Source of the DNA: an uncultured Phycisphaerales bacterium
GTDB lineage: Bacteria; Planctomycetota; Phycisphaerae; Tepidisphaerales; Tepidisphaeraceae
Direction: 5' to 3'
DNA: 64,000 bases
Assembly: GCA_963758525.1 (NCBI GenBank)
Contig: CAVWVQ010000003.1
Location: 4,864,001 to 4,928,000, forward strand
Below are positions 1 through 10,857 of the stretch, piece by piece. A program made the translations under genes and the position numbers. The notes beneath the pieces were generated by a model, which had not been told where the DNA came from, made no database searches, and saw only the letters and a program-made list of their open reading frames with translations. Each line of letters opens with the position of its first letter. The stretch's first letter is position 1.

Positions 1-158
1 ACTAAGGCTCCGATTCCTCTGACCCTGAAGGGTTCAGCGCTATCAACGGACAGCGCGTCCTCGGCACCCCTCTGTGCAAGAACCCTGCGCGCGAGAGCAG
101 GAATCGCCGCCTGGTCTCCCTTTCCTTCCACAAAAAGAACGAGTCGTCGAGGCAACAA
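1..158 (-). CDS. DUF4276-like TOPRIM-type protein, N-terminal part (runs off window edge)
   Basis: Not in ORF track. Minus strand reads (L)LPRRLVLFVEGKGDQAAIPALARRVL... from a TTG preceded by SD AAGGGGAG just after the ATPase stop; hhhhVEGxxD is TOPRIM-like. Confidence 0.7.
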   Translation of the reverse strand, partial: MLPRRLVLFVEGKGDQAAIPALARRVLAQRGAEDALSVDSAEPFRVRGIGAL

Positions 159-171
159 TGCGGCTCCCCTT

Positions 172-1350
172 TTACGCCGAGATTTCTCTCGCGCGGGCAA
201 TATCCACCGTAAGCAGCTCTCCGGGTTCGAGCAGTCGAGCGCGGACCGCATCCGCCTGATCGGGATCAAGCGGCCCGATCTTAGTCAGCTGGCTCTGGTC
301 GAGCTCCACAACTCGAAGTTGCTCAGGTGCGAAGCCATCCAACAGATCCGGACTCTGTGTTGTCAGAAGCACCTGTCCGCGAGCGGCCGACGGCGCACTG
401 CCAAACTCCTCGGCGAGGTTACGAAGTGCGCCAGGATAGATGCCGTTCTCGGGCTCTTCAAACATCAGCACCTGCTTCGGGGGCGTTTGATAAAGGGCCA
501 ACAAATGCGCGTAGTAACGTCTGAAGCCGTCTGATTCCTGCGATAAGTCGAGCCCAATCCGTCTATCTCCCAGCCTGTGTGCCACTACGACGTGTTTGGG
601 CTGAATTACGGAATCGAGCTCAAGCGAATCCACGGTTGGATTAATCTGCTTCACTCGAGCAAGAATTTGCCAACGCGCCAATTGGTTGCGTAGATCCTGA
701 GTAATATCGCGAATAACTTCCAAATAATTGCTCGCGGTGTCATCTAACCCGTTGAACTTTACCTTCGCGTTTCCGAACAGCCCTCCGTCGTGCGAAGCTT
801 GTGTAAACACATTCGCAGGAAAATCGTGCCAACCAATACCGCTAGTCCAAGCTGTATACGCGAGGACCGCTTCGCTGAGAGTCGGGAACGACTTGAGAAA
901 GATTGCCGGTGTGGTCCGTGGCGCGGGGCCCTCCCCGGGCCATGTAATCCAATTTTCTCCATTTCGATCAAAGATGACGTCCTGCCCAAGCAAAAGCCGC
1001 TCAGCATTCACGAACACATTCGATGGGTTTTGCAGATGGACCTTCCAGGAAACGTCGTAGGTAAAGCTCGCCAAATACCCGGGAATCGAAAAGCGAACGG
1101 AAAAAGAAAGCGGAGCGGGAACACCGAACGGCCATATCCGTGACCAGCCGCCCTCATGGCTAATTGCCGCGTCGGGCTGCAACAAAAAGTTCCGAAGGAA
1201 TCGGATGGCCCGCAGAAAATTAGATTTGCCAACCCCGCTACGACCGATCAGCACTGTGACAGGTGATAGGTCCACGCTGACCTCGCCAATGCTCTTGAAG
1301 TTTCGAATCTCAATGTGCTGAATCATTAGCAACTCGTTGCCGCGCGCCAC
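172..1350 (-). CDS. ABC/AAA_21-type ATPase (AAA_15/AAA_21 family)
   Basis: IEIRNFKSI start, Walker A GRSGVGKS, signature-like ESDG, Walker B LMFEEPE, TTQSP switch. Confidence 0.85.
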   Translation of the reverse strand: MARGNELLMIQHIEIRNFKSIGEVSVDLSPVTVLIGRSGVGKSNFLRAIRFLRNFLLQPDAAISHEGGWSRIWPFGVPAPLSFSVRFSIPGYLASFTYDVSWKVHLQNPSNVFVNAERLLLGQDVIFDRNGENWITWPGEGPAPRTTPAIFLKSFPTLSEAVLAYTAWTSGIGWHDFPANVFTQASHDGGLFGNAKVKFNGLDDTASNYLEVIRDITQDLRNQLARWQILARVKQINPTVDSLELDSVIQPKHVVVAHRLGDRRIGLDLSQESDGFRRYYAHLLALYQTPPKQVLMFEEPENGIYPGALRNLAEEFGSAPSAARGQVLLTTQSPDLLDGFAPEQLRVVELDQSQLTKIGPLDPDQADAVRARLLEPGELLTVDIARAREISA

Positions 1351-1526
1351 GTTGTTATCGGCTGAGGCAGCGTAGGTTCGCTAAGATAACCGCCGTTGTC
1401 ACGCGAAAGAAGAGATTCTTGCACTCGCGGGTCCCGTCACTTGTGTGGCTTGCGAACCGTGACGCAGGGCATGTACGAAAGCACAATAAATCCAGCCAGT
1501 GCCCCTCCCGCACCGCGCGAGCGGCC

Positions 1527-3407
1527 TTATCCCTTTTTCCCATAATTCCGGTCACGCGGCGCAACAAGGCTCGTATCAACTGGGCCATAGGTGATGATGG
1601 CCGACTGGGTTTCGGCGTCGAACGTGGCGAGGGTGGTTTTGAGAAAATTGGGATCGTCGCGGGTGGGAAACTCCGGCTTGTAATGGGCGCCGCGCGATTC
1701 GTTGCGCATCAGAGCGCCTTTCAGAATCGCCTCGGCTACGAGAATCATGTCGCGGGTGGCGCGGGCGAAGGAGAGATTCTGATTGGTCCACATGCCGGTG
1801 TCGGAGAGCTTGACGCGCTGGAAGCGGGCCTTCCATTGCTGGCATTGATCCAAAGCTTTTTGCAGCCGGTCGTTGTAGCGGACGACGGTGCAGAAATCGG
1901 TCATCCATTTGCCCATTTCCTGCCAGAGGAGGTAGGGATTTTCGTCGCCGTCGTTCTTCAGGAGCCAGTCCTGCTTATCGGTTTCCTGCTTCACGATCGT
2001 GTCGTAGGCGATTTGCGGGACGTCGGCAGCCGCGATGGCGGCAACGTCGTGGATGTAATTGCGGATGCATGAGCCGCCGAAGAGTCCGTCGAAGATGCAC
2101 GAGAGCAGCGAGTTGGCCCCGAGGCGGTTGGCGCCGTGATAGGCGAAGGAGACCTCGCCCATGGCGTAGAGGCCGGGGATGTTGGTCATCATGTTGCCAG
2201 GCGCGCCGGCCTTGAGGCCGCCGGTTTTTTCATCTTTGACGAAACCGGCCCAGAGGCCGCCCATGCTGTAGTGAACGGCGGGGAAAATTTTCATCGGCTC
2301 GGCAAGCGGATCGGTGCCGACGAACTTCTCGTAGATCTCCAGAATGCCTTCGAGTTTCTCCAACACTCGCTCGCGCCCGATGGCTTCGACGGTGTCGTGC
2401 AGGTCGAGATAGACCATGTTTCCGCCGGCAACTCCGAATCCGTCGAGGCAGACCTGGAAGATTTCGCGCGTGGCAATGTCGCGCGGAACGAGGTTGCCGT
2501 ATTTGGGATAGCGTTCCTCGAGAACGTAATAGCGCTCGCCGTCGGGAATGTCGTTGGGAGGCGTTGCCGGGCGCGGGTGCGGCTTCCACTTTCCGTTATC
2601 CTTGATCGCGGGCACCCAGACGCGCCCGCCTTCGCCGCGGGCGGATTCGCTGATCAGGCGGCATTTGTCCTCCCCGGGAATCGCGGTGGGGTGGACCTGG
2701 ATGAACTCGGGGTTGCCGTACTTGGCGCCGGCCTGATAGCAGCGGGAAGCAGCGCCGCCGGTGCAGATGACAGACATGGTGCTCTTGCCGAAGATCAATC
2801 CGCAGCCGCCGGTGGCCATGACGACGGCGTCGCCGCGGAAGGCGCGAATTTGCATCGTCCGCATGTCCTGCGCGACGATGCCGACGCATTGATTTTCGTG
2901 GATCACCGGCCAGAGAAATTCCCAGAACTCATACTTGGTGACGCGCCCCTCGGCTTCCCATCGGCGTGTTTGCTCATCGAGCGCGTAGAGCAGTTGCTGG
3001 CCTGTCGTCGCGCCGGCGAAGAAGGTGCGCTTGAACAGGGAGCCGCCGAATAGACGCAGGGCTCGCTGCCCTTCGTGGGTGCGGTTGAATGGAACGCCCA
3101 TGCGATCGAGCAGATCGATGATCCGCGGCGCCCACTCGCACATTTCCTTGACCGGCGGCTGATCCGCCAGGAAGTCGCCGCCGAGCGCCGTTTCGTCGAA
3201 GTGCTGCCATTCGCTGTAGCCCTGCTGACGCGCGATATCGTTGCAGGCGTTGATCCCGCCTTCGGCGCAGACGCTGTGGCTGCGCTTGACGGGAACCATG
3301 GAGATCAGATCGACGTCGACACCCGCCTCGGCGAGCTTGATCGTGCACGCCAATCCCGCGAGCCCGCCGCCTACAACGATCACACGTTTCTTACCAGATG
3401 ATGCCAT
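1527..3407 (-). CDS. sdhA: Succinate dehydrogenase flavoprotein subunit
   Basis: GGGLAG FAD motif, RSHSVCAEGGINA, QVHPT, ESARGEGG, HYSMGG, HGANRLGANSL, ESRGAH. Confidence 0.95.
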   Translation of the reverse strand: MASSGKKRVIVVGGGLAGLACTIKLAEAGVDVDLISMVPVKRSHSVCAEGGINACNDIARQQGYSEWQHFDETALGGDFLADQPPVKEMCEWAPRIIDLLDRMGVPFNRTHEGQRALRLFGGSLFKRTFFAGATTGQQLLYALDEQTRRWEAEGRVTKYEFWEFLWPVIHENQCVGIVAQDMRTMQIRAFRGDAVVMATGGCGLIFGKSTMSVICTGGAASRCYQAGAKYGNPEFIQVHPTAIPGEDKCRLISESARGEGGRVWVPAIKDNGKWKPHPRPATPPNDIPDGERYYVLEERYPKYGNLVPRDIATREIFQVCLDGFGVAGGNMVYLDLHDTVEAIGRERVLEKLEGILEIYEKFVGTDPLAEPMKIFPAVHYSMGGLWAGFVKDEKTGGLKAGAPGNMMTNIPGLYAMGEVSFAYHGANRLGANSLLSCIFDGLFGGSCIRNYIHDVAAIAAADVPQIAYDTIVKQETDKQDWLLKNDGDENPYLLWQEMGKWMTDFCTVVRYNDRLQKALDQCQQWKARFQRVKLSDTGMWTNQNLSFARATRDMILVAEAILKGALMRNESRGAHYKPEFPTRDDPNFLKTTLATFDAETQSAIITYGPVDTSLVAPRDRNYGKKG

Positions 3408-3464
3408 GTTCTTCTTTCAATCAGGCGGCGGTAACGAGCAGCTTGTTCATGGTGTTTGCGTGAA

Positions 3465-4166
3465 TTAATGCAATGCAACGATCATCTTCTGATCGGAAAT
3501 GGCCGCGAAGAGGGCGGTCATCCCGCATGCGAGCGTAAACGCAAAGAGCCCGGTGCAAACCCAGCCCCAGCGCTTTTGCGAGGCGGCGCTGACGGTCAGG
3601 CCCCAGGTGATGCCAGCCGTCCAGAATCCGTTGGCCAGGTGATAGCATGATGCGAGGATGCCGAGCGGATAGACGACATAAGCGACCGACCAGTTGACGT
3701 TGATATGGCGAACGACGGTCATCGTCGCGTGGTCGGGGTCAAACCATAGCGCGTGCCCTAGCAAGCCCTTCATGCCCAAAATATGAAACACGATGAAGAG
3801 CGCGATGATGATGGCGCTGACGCGCTGAAAGAGATAGAACCAGTTTTTGCCGAACTGATAGTTATTGTTGTTGGGCTGACCGGTCATCGTGATCCAGATG
3901 CCGTAAATCGTGTGGTAGAGAATCGGCAGATAGATGAATGTCCATTCGACGGCAAAGAGGAACGGCAGGGCGTGAATCTTGTCGACCTGCTTCTGGAAGA
4001 TATCCACGGGAGAAGTTCCCTGGATGAGCGTCGCGTTCACCAGCAGATGAATGACGATATACCCGCCAAAGACGATTCCGGTGAGCGAATGGAGTCGTCG
4101 GAGGAGGAAGTGATGTCGTCCGCCGATCGTGGGGACGGTGAAGTCGGTGGCGGTCGCCGTTGTCAA
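3465..4166 (-). CDS. sdhC: Succinate dehydrogenase cytochrome b558 subunit
   Basis: RRLHSLTG, five TM helices, YHLANG, WG motifs; directly upstream of sdhA. Confidence 0.9.
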   Translation of the reverse strand: MTTATATDFTVPTIGGRHHFLLRRLHSLTGIVFGGYIVIHLLVNATLIQGTSPVDIFQKQVDKIHALPFLFAVEWTFIYLPILYHTIYGIWITMTGQPNNNNYQFGKNWFYLFQRVSAIIIALFIVFHILGMKGLLGHALWFDPDHATMTVVRHINVNWSVAYVVYPLGILASCYHLANGFWTAGITWGLTVSAASQKRWGWVCTGLFAFTLACGMTALFAAISDQKMIVALH

Positions 4167-4230
4167 AGCGGAAGTCCTTTCATCGATGCGGGATTATAAG
4201 GCCGGTCGTCAGCAGCATGCAAAGCTGACA

Positions 4231-4953
4231 TCATCCGGCGGCGTTGCCGGCCGGAGGCAACACGTCGGGGGTCCCCGGAATGGGGCAAAGATGAGGAATG
4301 ACTCCCTCATTTGCAAGTTGTTCGAGCGACACTGCGGACGAGAGGTCGAAAGTCCCGATCGACGTTCGCCTCAAGGCGGTGAGATGGCCGCCGACGTTGA
4401 GCTTTTGGCCGATGTCGCGCCCCAACGCGCGGATGTACGTTCCGCGTCCGCAACGCACGCGGATGCTCAGCAACGGCCAATAGTACGAGAGCATTTCGAT
4501 CGAATCGATGTGGACGATGCGCGCCGAAAGTTTTGGCGCCCGGCCGGCGCGTGCCAGCGCATATGCGCGGCGGCCACCGACCTTGAGCGCGCTAAAGGCA
4601 GGCGGTTGCTGGAGCACCTCGCCGACGAAATGCGGCAGCGCGATTTGTATTGCCTCAGCGCCAACCGGCTTTGCATCGGGCCACGGAACCGGTTCTGAAT
4701 CCACGTCATCTGTCGGAGTCGTTGACCCGAGGTGGACGACGGCATCGTAGGTTTTGGACAGCCCCATCAGTTGTTGACAGCTTCGGGTCGCCTTGCCGAC
4801 CAGCACCAGGAGCACGCCGGTGGCAAACGGATCGAGCGTGCCGGCATGACCCACTTTGACGTTTTCCGCGAACAGATTCTTGATTTTGCTGACGGCCCGC
4901 GCCGAGGTCAGGCCGGCGGGCTTGTCGAGATTGATGATCCCTTGCGGTGTCAT
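4231..4953 (-). CDS. truB: tRNA pseudouridine(55) synthase
   Basis: GIINLDKP, KVGHAGTLDPFATG, PPAFSALK, GTYIRAL; start set at ATG of MTPQG. Confidence 0.93.
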   Translation of the reverse strand: MTPQGIINLDKPAGLTSARAVSKIKNLFAENVKVGHAGTLDPFATGVLLVLVGKATRSCQQLMGLSKTYDAVVHLGSTTPTDDVDSEPVPWPDAKPVGAEAIQIALPHFVGEVLQQPPAFSALKVGGRRAYALARAGRAPKLSARIVHIDSIEMLSYYWPLLSIRVRCGRGTYIRALGRDIGQKLNVGGHLTALRRTSIGTFDLSSAVSLEQLANEGVIPHLCPIPGTPDVLPPAGNAAG

Positions 4954-5025
4954 GCGCAGTCCATTTGAATTGAGCATTGAGCGGGAGACCGAAACGATGT
5001 ACCTTGTGGCATCTTGTAACCTGCA

Positions 5026-5772
5026 ATGGTCTGGGACAAACCACGCATACTGCAATCATTGCGCAAGCTCCACAAGAGCGGCGCGTCGCTTTCTTACAAC
5101 CGGATGGCCGAGTCAAATCAGGCGCTGGTTTCCGCCGCGGCGTATCACTTCAGTTCTTATCGCAAGGCAGTCGAGCGCGCCGGGATCGATTATGCGACGG
5201 TCATTCGCCGTCCCTGCTGGGACCGTGCGATGATTATCAAGCTCATCAAAGCCGCGAAGCGAGGCGGCGAAGACCTTCATTGGTCCGCGGTCACCAAGCG
5301 CCGCGACGACCTGGGCCGCGCCGCCTTTGCGGCGCTGCAGCCGCGGCTGTTTGGAAGCTGGGATCGCGCTTTGACCGCGTCCGGACTGGATGCCGACGAC
5401 ATCAGCCGCTATCGGCGGTGGGACAAAGATTCGATCGTTTATGAGTTGCGATCGCGTTCGCGCGAGCATGAGCCGTTGAACAGCGGCGCGTTGCAGTCAA
5501 GCGATCCGGGTCTGCACGCGGCAAGCGTGCGCCATTTCGGGAGCTACGACGACGCGCTGCGCGCCGCCCGCCTGGACCCGCAAAAGGTTCGCCAGAGAAG
5601 ATCGTGGCAGAAGACCGATGTGATCCAGGCATTGCGCGCGATTCGGCGCGGCGGATCCCAGGTGTCCGACTCAGCGGTCCGCAAGGACCATCCCGCGTTG
5701 TACGGCGCAGCCATTCGGCTTTTCGGGAGCTTCACCGCCGCCCGCGGCGCGGCGGGGATGAAACTGAAGTAG
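5026..5772 (+). CDS. Protein of four tandem ~60-aa helical repeats (HNH_repeat-like), no catalytic domain
   Basis: Four copies of W-[DQ]-[KR]...I...L...AA...[HL]F[GS]S[YWF]..A...[AS]G[ILM]. Confidence 0.7.
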   Translation: MVWDKPRILQSLRKLHKSGASLSYNRMAESNQALVSAAAYHFSSYRKAVERAGIDYATVIRRPCWDRAMIIKLIKAAKRGGEDLHWSAVTKRRDDLGRAAFAALQPRLFGSWDRALTASGLDADDISRYRRWDKDSIVYELRSRSREHEPLNSGALQSSDPGLHAASVRHFGSYDDALRAARLDPQKVRQRRSWQKTDVIQALRAIRRGGSQVSDSAVRKDHPALYGAAIRLFGSFTAARGAAGMKLK

Positions 5773-5775
5773 GGG

Positions 5776-6447
5776 ATGCCCGAACTCTTACGATCGAACT
5801 CTTTGTCCCAAGACGATCCGAAACATCGAAGCTCGTTCGCGATAATCAGCATCGGCTGGATAGTCCTTTTTGTCGGAGCGTTGTGCTTCGACCGCGCCGT
5901 CGCCCAATGGGTCGCAGCTCATCATCCGATCGACAAGCACAACTGGCTGGTCGTGATCTTGAAGCTGCCGGGGGTTTACTGGACGACGCTTGCCATCGCC
6001 GGCTTGCTCGCGGCGTTTCATCCGCAGCGATTGCGAGCGGCGGTGCTTCCGCTGGCGTCGGGAGCGATGGGGGGCCTCGCGTATCTGATCATCAAGTGGG
6101 TTGCGGGACGGCGTCGTCCGATCATCCTGATCGCACCGTTTCATTTCGAACCGTTCATCGGCGGGTGGAAGGGACTGTTTAGCCAGCCGGCGCTTTGCTT
6201 TCCGTCGGGGCATGCCTGTCTATCGTTTGCGACGGCCCTGTCGCTGACGATCCTCATGCCACGCTGGCGCGGGGTGTGGTTTCTCATCGCGTTCGCAGTT
6301 GCAATAGAGCGCGTCCTGGAAAACGCGCATTACGTCAGCGACGTGGTGGCGGGCGCCGGCCTTGGAACGCTTTGCGTCCTGCTCACTTACGATTTGCTCG
6401 AGCGGCGCTGGCCGGTTGATGACAAACTGCGCCGAGGATTCGAGTAG
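5776..6447 (+). CDS. PAP2-family membrane phosphatase
   Basis: K-x6-RP (KWVAGRRRP), FPSGH, ERVLENAHYVSDV. Confidence 0.88.
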   Translation: MPELLRSNSLSQDDPKHRSSFAIISIGWIVLFVGALCFDRAVAQWVAAHHPIDKHNWLVVILKLPGVYWTTLAIAGLLAAFHPQRLRAAVLPLASGAMGGLAYLIIKWVAGRRRPIILIAPFHFEPFIGGWKGLFSQPALCFPSGHACLSFATALSLTILMPRWRGVWFLIAFAVAIERVLENAHYVSDVVAGAGLGTLCVLLTYDLLERRWPVDDKLRRGFE

Positions 6448-6465
6448 GGCGGGATTCATCCCGCC
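6444..6465 (+). repeat. GTAG-type REP, single copy (GTAGGGCGGGATTCATCCCGCC)
   Basis: Identical to the left arm of the doublet at 35946-36013; its GTAG includes the PAP2 stop codon. Confidence 0.8.
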
Positions 6466-6600
6466 ATGATCCCGCGGGCTACGCGCGCGGGTTCGCAACC
6501 AACATCGTTGCAAGATTTCCCGTCCGCAATTGGGCTTCATGCACCGGCTTGTCGCACCCGGCGAGAATGATCGCGGCCAGACAGATCAGCATCAGACGCA

Positions 6601-7864
6601 TCAATAGCTCCGTGGTAAAAGTGAATTCGTGAACCGCAGTGACAACTCCAACGCGATGCAGAGCCGATCGCGCAGTGTTCCCTGTTCGAAATGCTGGCGC
6701 AGCACGCGCTGGGCGTCAAGCCCCATTGCGCAGCGAAGAAACGTCTCTCGCCCTCAAACGACAGATGGCATTGACCGCGCCGTCGACGTCGCCGTGGGCG
6801 ACGTGGATTCCGATCTCATTGGCTTCGAGCAGGTCGGCGATATGCGACGTCTTTGGTCCGAGGTAGAGAATTGGACGGGCGACGGTCATGGCGCCGTAGA
6901 TTTTGCAGGGGTGAATGATGCCGACCATCGGATCGCCCAGCGCGACCACATGAACATCGGCGGCGGAAAGCGAGTCGCCCAGTTCGTTCAACGGCTGATA
7001 GGGGAGTGAGATCACGTTGGCGAGCTGATGATCGGCAATGACGCGTTCGATCTCGCGCTTGCCGCTGCCGCCGCCGACGAAGAGGAAGACGATTTGCGCT
7101 TCGCCGCGCAGGCGGACGGCGGCGTGGAGAAGCGTAGTCAGCGGATTGGACGGACTGTGATTGCCGCTGTACATGACAACGAACTTGCCGTTCAGTCCGT
7201 AGCGCGCTCGAAAGGCATTGGCGGCGCCCGTCGCTGGAACCCGAATTTGTTCCTCGTGCGGCCAGGGAGGCAGCACCAGCAATTGCCCGGGCAATGCGAC
7301 GCGCGATCGAAGCCGCTCGGCCATAAAGCGATCGAGCGCGATGACCAGCGCGGATTCGCGCAGGATGAAGCGGTTCACGCTTTCCAGGAACTCGGCGGTC
7401 ATCCCTGCCGGTGAGATCTTGCCAAGCGCAATAAGCTGGTCCGGATTCAGATCCATGGCCCAGTACGCGATTGGGATGTCGCGGATGAGGTGAACCAGAG
7501 CCGCGATGACGCCGATCAGCGGCGGCGAGGTGCTGAAGAAAATGCCGTCGATCCGGCGCGTGAACAGTCCGGCGCAGAGGCACTGAAGCATGAACAAAAA
7601 TGTTCCGGCAACGCGACGCGGAATCGACGATTTTCCGAAGGAGGCGAATCCGAAGCGGCGGACTTCGACGCCGTGCAGATCCTCGCGGCGGGGATACGAT
7701 CGCGTCGGGTCTTCGTAGCCGCGCGCCGACGCGTAGACGATCACGCGGTGGCCGCGACGCGCCATCGCAACTGCCACGTCGGCAACGTATTGTCCGACCG
7801 CGGCCGGATCCGGCACGAAGGTCTGACTGAAGATGAGAAGCGTATGGCGGCGAGCCGGCCGCAT
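6601..7864 (-). CDS. Glycosyltransferase family 4 (WcaI-like), frameshift near 6730
   Basis: SQTFVPD, STSPP, MYSGN, PYQP, PCKIYG; C-terminus continues in another frame (AMGLDAQRVLRQHF...) to a stop at 6601. Confidence 0.85.
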
Positions 7865-7969
7865 GCCTGGATCTCCTGTCAAGCAATAGTTTCTCAAGGG
7901 ATTCGCTGCGAATTGTCGCGGCCGGTATACTAAGCGATTGTGCCAGATGGGGGCAGAGCTGGTTTGAGA

Positions 7970-8593
7970 ATGGATCGCATGCCTGCTCCCGAGTCACGAA
8001 GCGCGCTACCCGCCGACTCAGTTGTGCCGTCACTTCGCGCCACCGACGCCGACGCCCAATTGCAGATCCGCAGTCCCTGGACTGCCCGTCAGAAAATCGC
8101 TCGCGTCGGGTGGATGCTCGTTCGCGGATCGCTGTTCCGCTGGTCGTTTCACAACTGGTACGCATGGCGGCGATTTTTGCTCCGCAGCTTCGGCGCCCGC
8201 GTCGGCAATGACGCCCGGCTCCGTCCGACCGTCATGATCGAAATCCCCTGGAATCTGGAATTGGGCGATCACTGCAGGGTAGGCGATCACGCGATTCTCT
8301 ACTCGTTGGGAACGATTCGCATCGGCCGACTCGCGGTGATCAGCCAGTACGCGCACCTCTGCGCCGGGACGCATGACTACACCCTGCGCAGCTTTCCGCT
8401 GAGGCTGATGCCAATCACGATTGGGGAAGAGGCATGGATCGCTGCGGACGCGTTCATCGGACCGGGGATCCGCGTGGGCGACAGGGCGGTCGTCGGTGCG
8501 CGCGCGGTGGTTGTGAAGGATGTAGCCGCATCACAGGTCGTAGCGGGAAATCCGGCGCGATTCGTCAGCATGCGGGAGATTCGCGAAGGGTGA
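7970..8593 (+). CDS. wcaF: WcaF-like hexapeptide-repeat acetyltransferase
   Basis: LLRSFGA, IPWNLELG, CAGTHDY, AWIAADAFIGPG, GNPA. Confidence 0.8.
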   Translation: MDRMPAPESRSALPADSVVPSLRATDADAQLQIRSPWTARQKIARVGWMLVRGSLFRWSFHNWYAWRRFLLRSFGARVGNDARLRPTVMIEIPWNLELGDHCRVGDHAILYSLGTIRIGRLAVISQYAHLCAGTHDYTLRSFPLRLMPITIGEEAWIAADAFIGPGIRVGDRAVVGARAVVVKDVAASQVVAGNPARFVSMREIREG

Positions 8594-8595
8594 GT

Positions 8596-9540
8596 CTATG
8601 CCTTGCGATTCGCGTCATACCACGCGATCGTCTCGGCCAGCCCGTCTTCCAGCGTCGTGCGGGCTTCGAAACCGAGCGCCTTTTTCGCGGCGCTGACGTC
8701 GAGGCAGCGCCGGGGCTGTCCGTCGGGCTTGGTTGGATCCCAGACGATCTTTCCTTTGAACTGGCTGATGCGCGCCACCAGCTCGGTCAGGTCTTTGATC
8801 GTGATCTCGCGCCCGTTGCCAAGATTGAGCGGCTCGGGGGAATCATATTTTTCCATGGCGCTGACGATGGCCTCCGCACAATCCTTCACGTAGAGAAATT
8901 CCCGGCTGGCGCTGCCGGTGCCCCAGGCGCTGATCGTCGCATCGCCGCGATCGCGGGCTTCGACGCATTTCCGCACGAGAGCGGGGATGACGTGCGAAGT
9001 GTGCAGATCAAAATTATCGCGCGGGCCGTAGAGATTGACGGGGAGCAGATAGATCGCGTCGAGGCCATACTGCTGGCGATACGCCTGACACATCACCATC
9101 AGCGCTTTCTTCGCCACGCCGTAGGGAGCGTTGGTTTCTTCGGGATACCCGTTCCAGATGTCGGCTTCCTTGAAAGGGACGGGGGTGAATTTCGGGTAGG
9201 CGCAGATGGTGCCCACCTGCACGAACTTCTTGAGGTTTACCTTGCGAGCCTGCTCGATCAGGTGAATCCCCATCGTCGCATTGGCGTAGAAATATCGGCC
9301 CGGGTTGTCGCGGTTGGCCCCGATGCCGCCCACTTCCGCGGCCAAGTGCAGCACGATTTGCGGCTTGGCGTCTTTATACAGCCGCTCAACGTCCGTTTCA
9401 TGCGTCAGGTCATATTCCTTGCGGCGGGGGACGAAGATCTTCTCGTAGCCGCGTGCTTTGAGCTTCTCGATGACGAAGCTTCCGAGAAATCCCGCGCCAC
9501 CTGTGACGACGATCGAATCGTTTGTTGAAATCGACATCAT
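8596..9540 (-). CDS. fcl: GDP-L-fucose synthase
   Basis: [41 protein letters not shown]. Confidence 0.92.
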   Translation of the reverse strand: MMSISTNDSIVVTGGAGFLGSFVIEKLKARGYEKIFVPRRKEYDLTHETDVERLYKDAKPQIVLHLAAEVGGIGANRDNPGRYFYANATMGIHLIEQARKVNLKKFVQVGTICAYPKFTPVPFKEADIWNGYPEETNAPYGVAKKALMVMCQAYRQQYGLDAIYLLPVNLYGPRDNFDLHTSHVIPALVRKCVEARDRGDATISAWGTGSASREFLYVKDCAEAIVSAMEKYDSPEPLNLGNGREITIKDLTELVARISQFKGKIVWDPTKPDGQPRRCLDVSAAKKALGFEARTTLEDGLAETIAWYDANRKA

Positions 9541-9635
9541 AAGACGACTTTCCGCCGGCTGATTCGCGCCGCGCAGCGGAGTGATTCGAATGGATCCGCC
9601 GAGTGACCCGCCAAACAGGGAAGAAAACTGCGGAC

Positions 9636-10676
9636 TTACGCGGGTATCGGGCGTTTCTTGTCGTGCTCCACGATCAGGCGTTCCCGGCGAGCCAGAGCCC
9701 AGTCCGATTCGGTCATCATTTTCGCAAGCGCCTCAAACCCGACGCGCGGTTTCCAGCCGAGGGTCGTCCGAACTTTGGTCGGGTCACCCAGCAGCAGATC
9801 GACCTCGGCGGGACGGAAGTAGCGTTGATCGACTTCGACGTATTTTTGCCAATCCAGCCCGAGTTGGCCGAACACCTTGTCGAGAAACTCGCGAACGCTG
9901 TGTGTTTCGCCGGTGGCGAGCACATAGTCATCGGGCGTGTCGTGCTGAAGCATCATCCACATCCCCTCGACGTAGTCGCCGGCAAACCCCCAGTCGCGCT
10001 TGGCATCCAGATTGCCCAGGTAAAGCTTTTCCTGCAGGCCTTCTTTGATGCGAGTGGCGGCGCGGGTGATTTTTCGCGTGACGAACGTTTCGCCGCGGCG
10101 CGGGCTCTCATGATTGAAGAGAATGCCGTTGCAGGCAAACATGTTGTACGACTCGCGATAGTTCACGGTCTGCCAGAAGCTGTAGACTTTCGCACAGGCG
10201 TAGGGGCTGCGGGGATAAAAAGGCGTTGTTTCCTTTTGCGGCGTTTCAACCACCTTGCCGTACTGTTCGCTGCTGGACGCCTGGTAGAACTTGATCGGCA
10301 GCCCGGTATCGCGGATCGCCTCAAGAAGATTCATGGTGCCTAGCGCATCGGTCTGCACGGTGTAGACCGGCTGATCGAAGCTGACACGGACGTGCGACTG
10401 CGCGCCGAGGTTATAGACCTCGTCAGGCTTCACTCGCGAGAGAATTTCGCGCAGACCGGTGCCGTCAACCAAATCTCCATAGTGGAGAAAGACGCGGGCG
10501 GTAGGGCTGTGCGGATCGACGTACAGATGCTCGATCCGCGCGGTATTGAACGAGCTGGACCGCCGGACGATCCCGTGAACGTCATACCCCTTGCCGAGCA
10601 GGAACTCAGCCAGATAAGAACCGTCTTGGCCGGTGATTCCGGTAATGAGTGCCTTGCGGCGTGTTTCAGATCGCAT
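9636..10676 (-). CDS. gmd: GDP-mannose 4,6-dehydratase
   Basis: [44 protein letters not shown]. Confidence 0.95.
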   Translation of the reverse strand: MRSETRRKALITGITGQDGSYLAEFLLGKGYDVHGIVRRSSSFNTARIEHLYVDPHSPTARVFLHYGDLVDGTGLREILSRVKPDEVYNLGAQSHVRVSFDQPVYTVQTDALGTMNLLEAIRDTGLPIKFYQASSSEQYGKVVETPQKETTPFYPRSPYACAKVYSFWQTVNYRESYNMFACNGILFNHESPRRGETFVTRKITRAATRIKEGLQEKLYLGNLDAKRDWGFAGDYVEGMWMMLQHDTPDDYVLATGETHSVREFLDKVFGQLGLDWQKYVEVDQRYFRPAEVDLLLGDPTKVRTTLGWKPRVGFEALAKMMTESDWALARRERLIVEHDKKRPIPA

Positions 10677-10857
10677 AGTGAAGTTTCCTGGGCTCAAAGC
10701 TGGCGCATCCTCGACAAGCTTATCGGCTCGCGAGCTAAAAAGATTAACACCTCACCCGCATTGCGGAAAGGCAAACATCCTCTTACCCTCGCGCTTTGGC
10801 GCTGCCAAGACCGAATTCCCTGCTAAAATACCGCGTTTGGCCGAGCCGGGCAATTTC

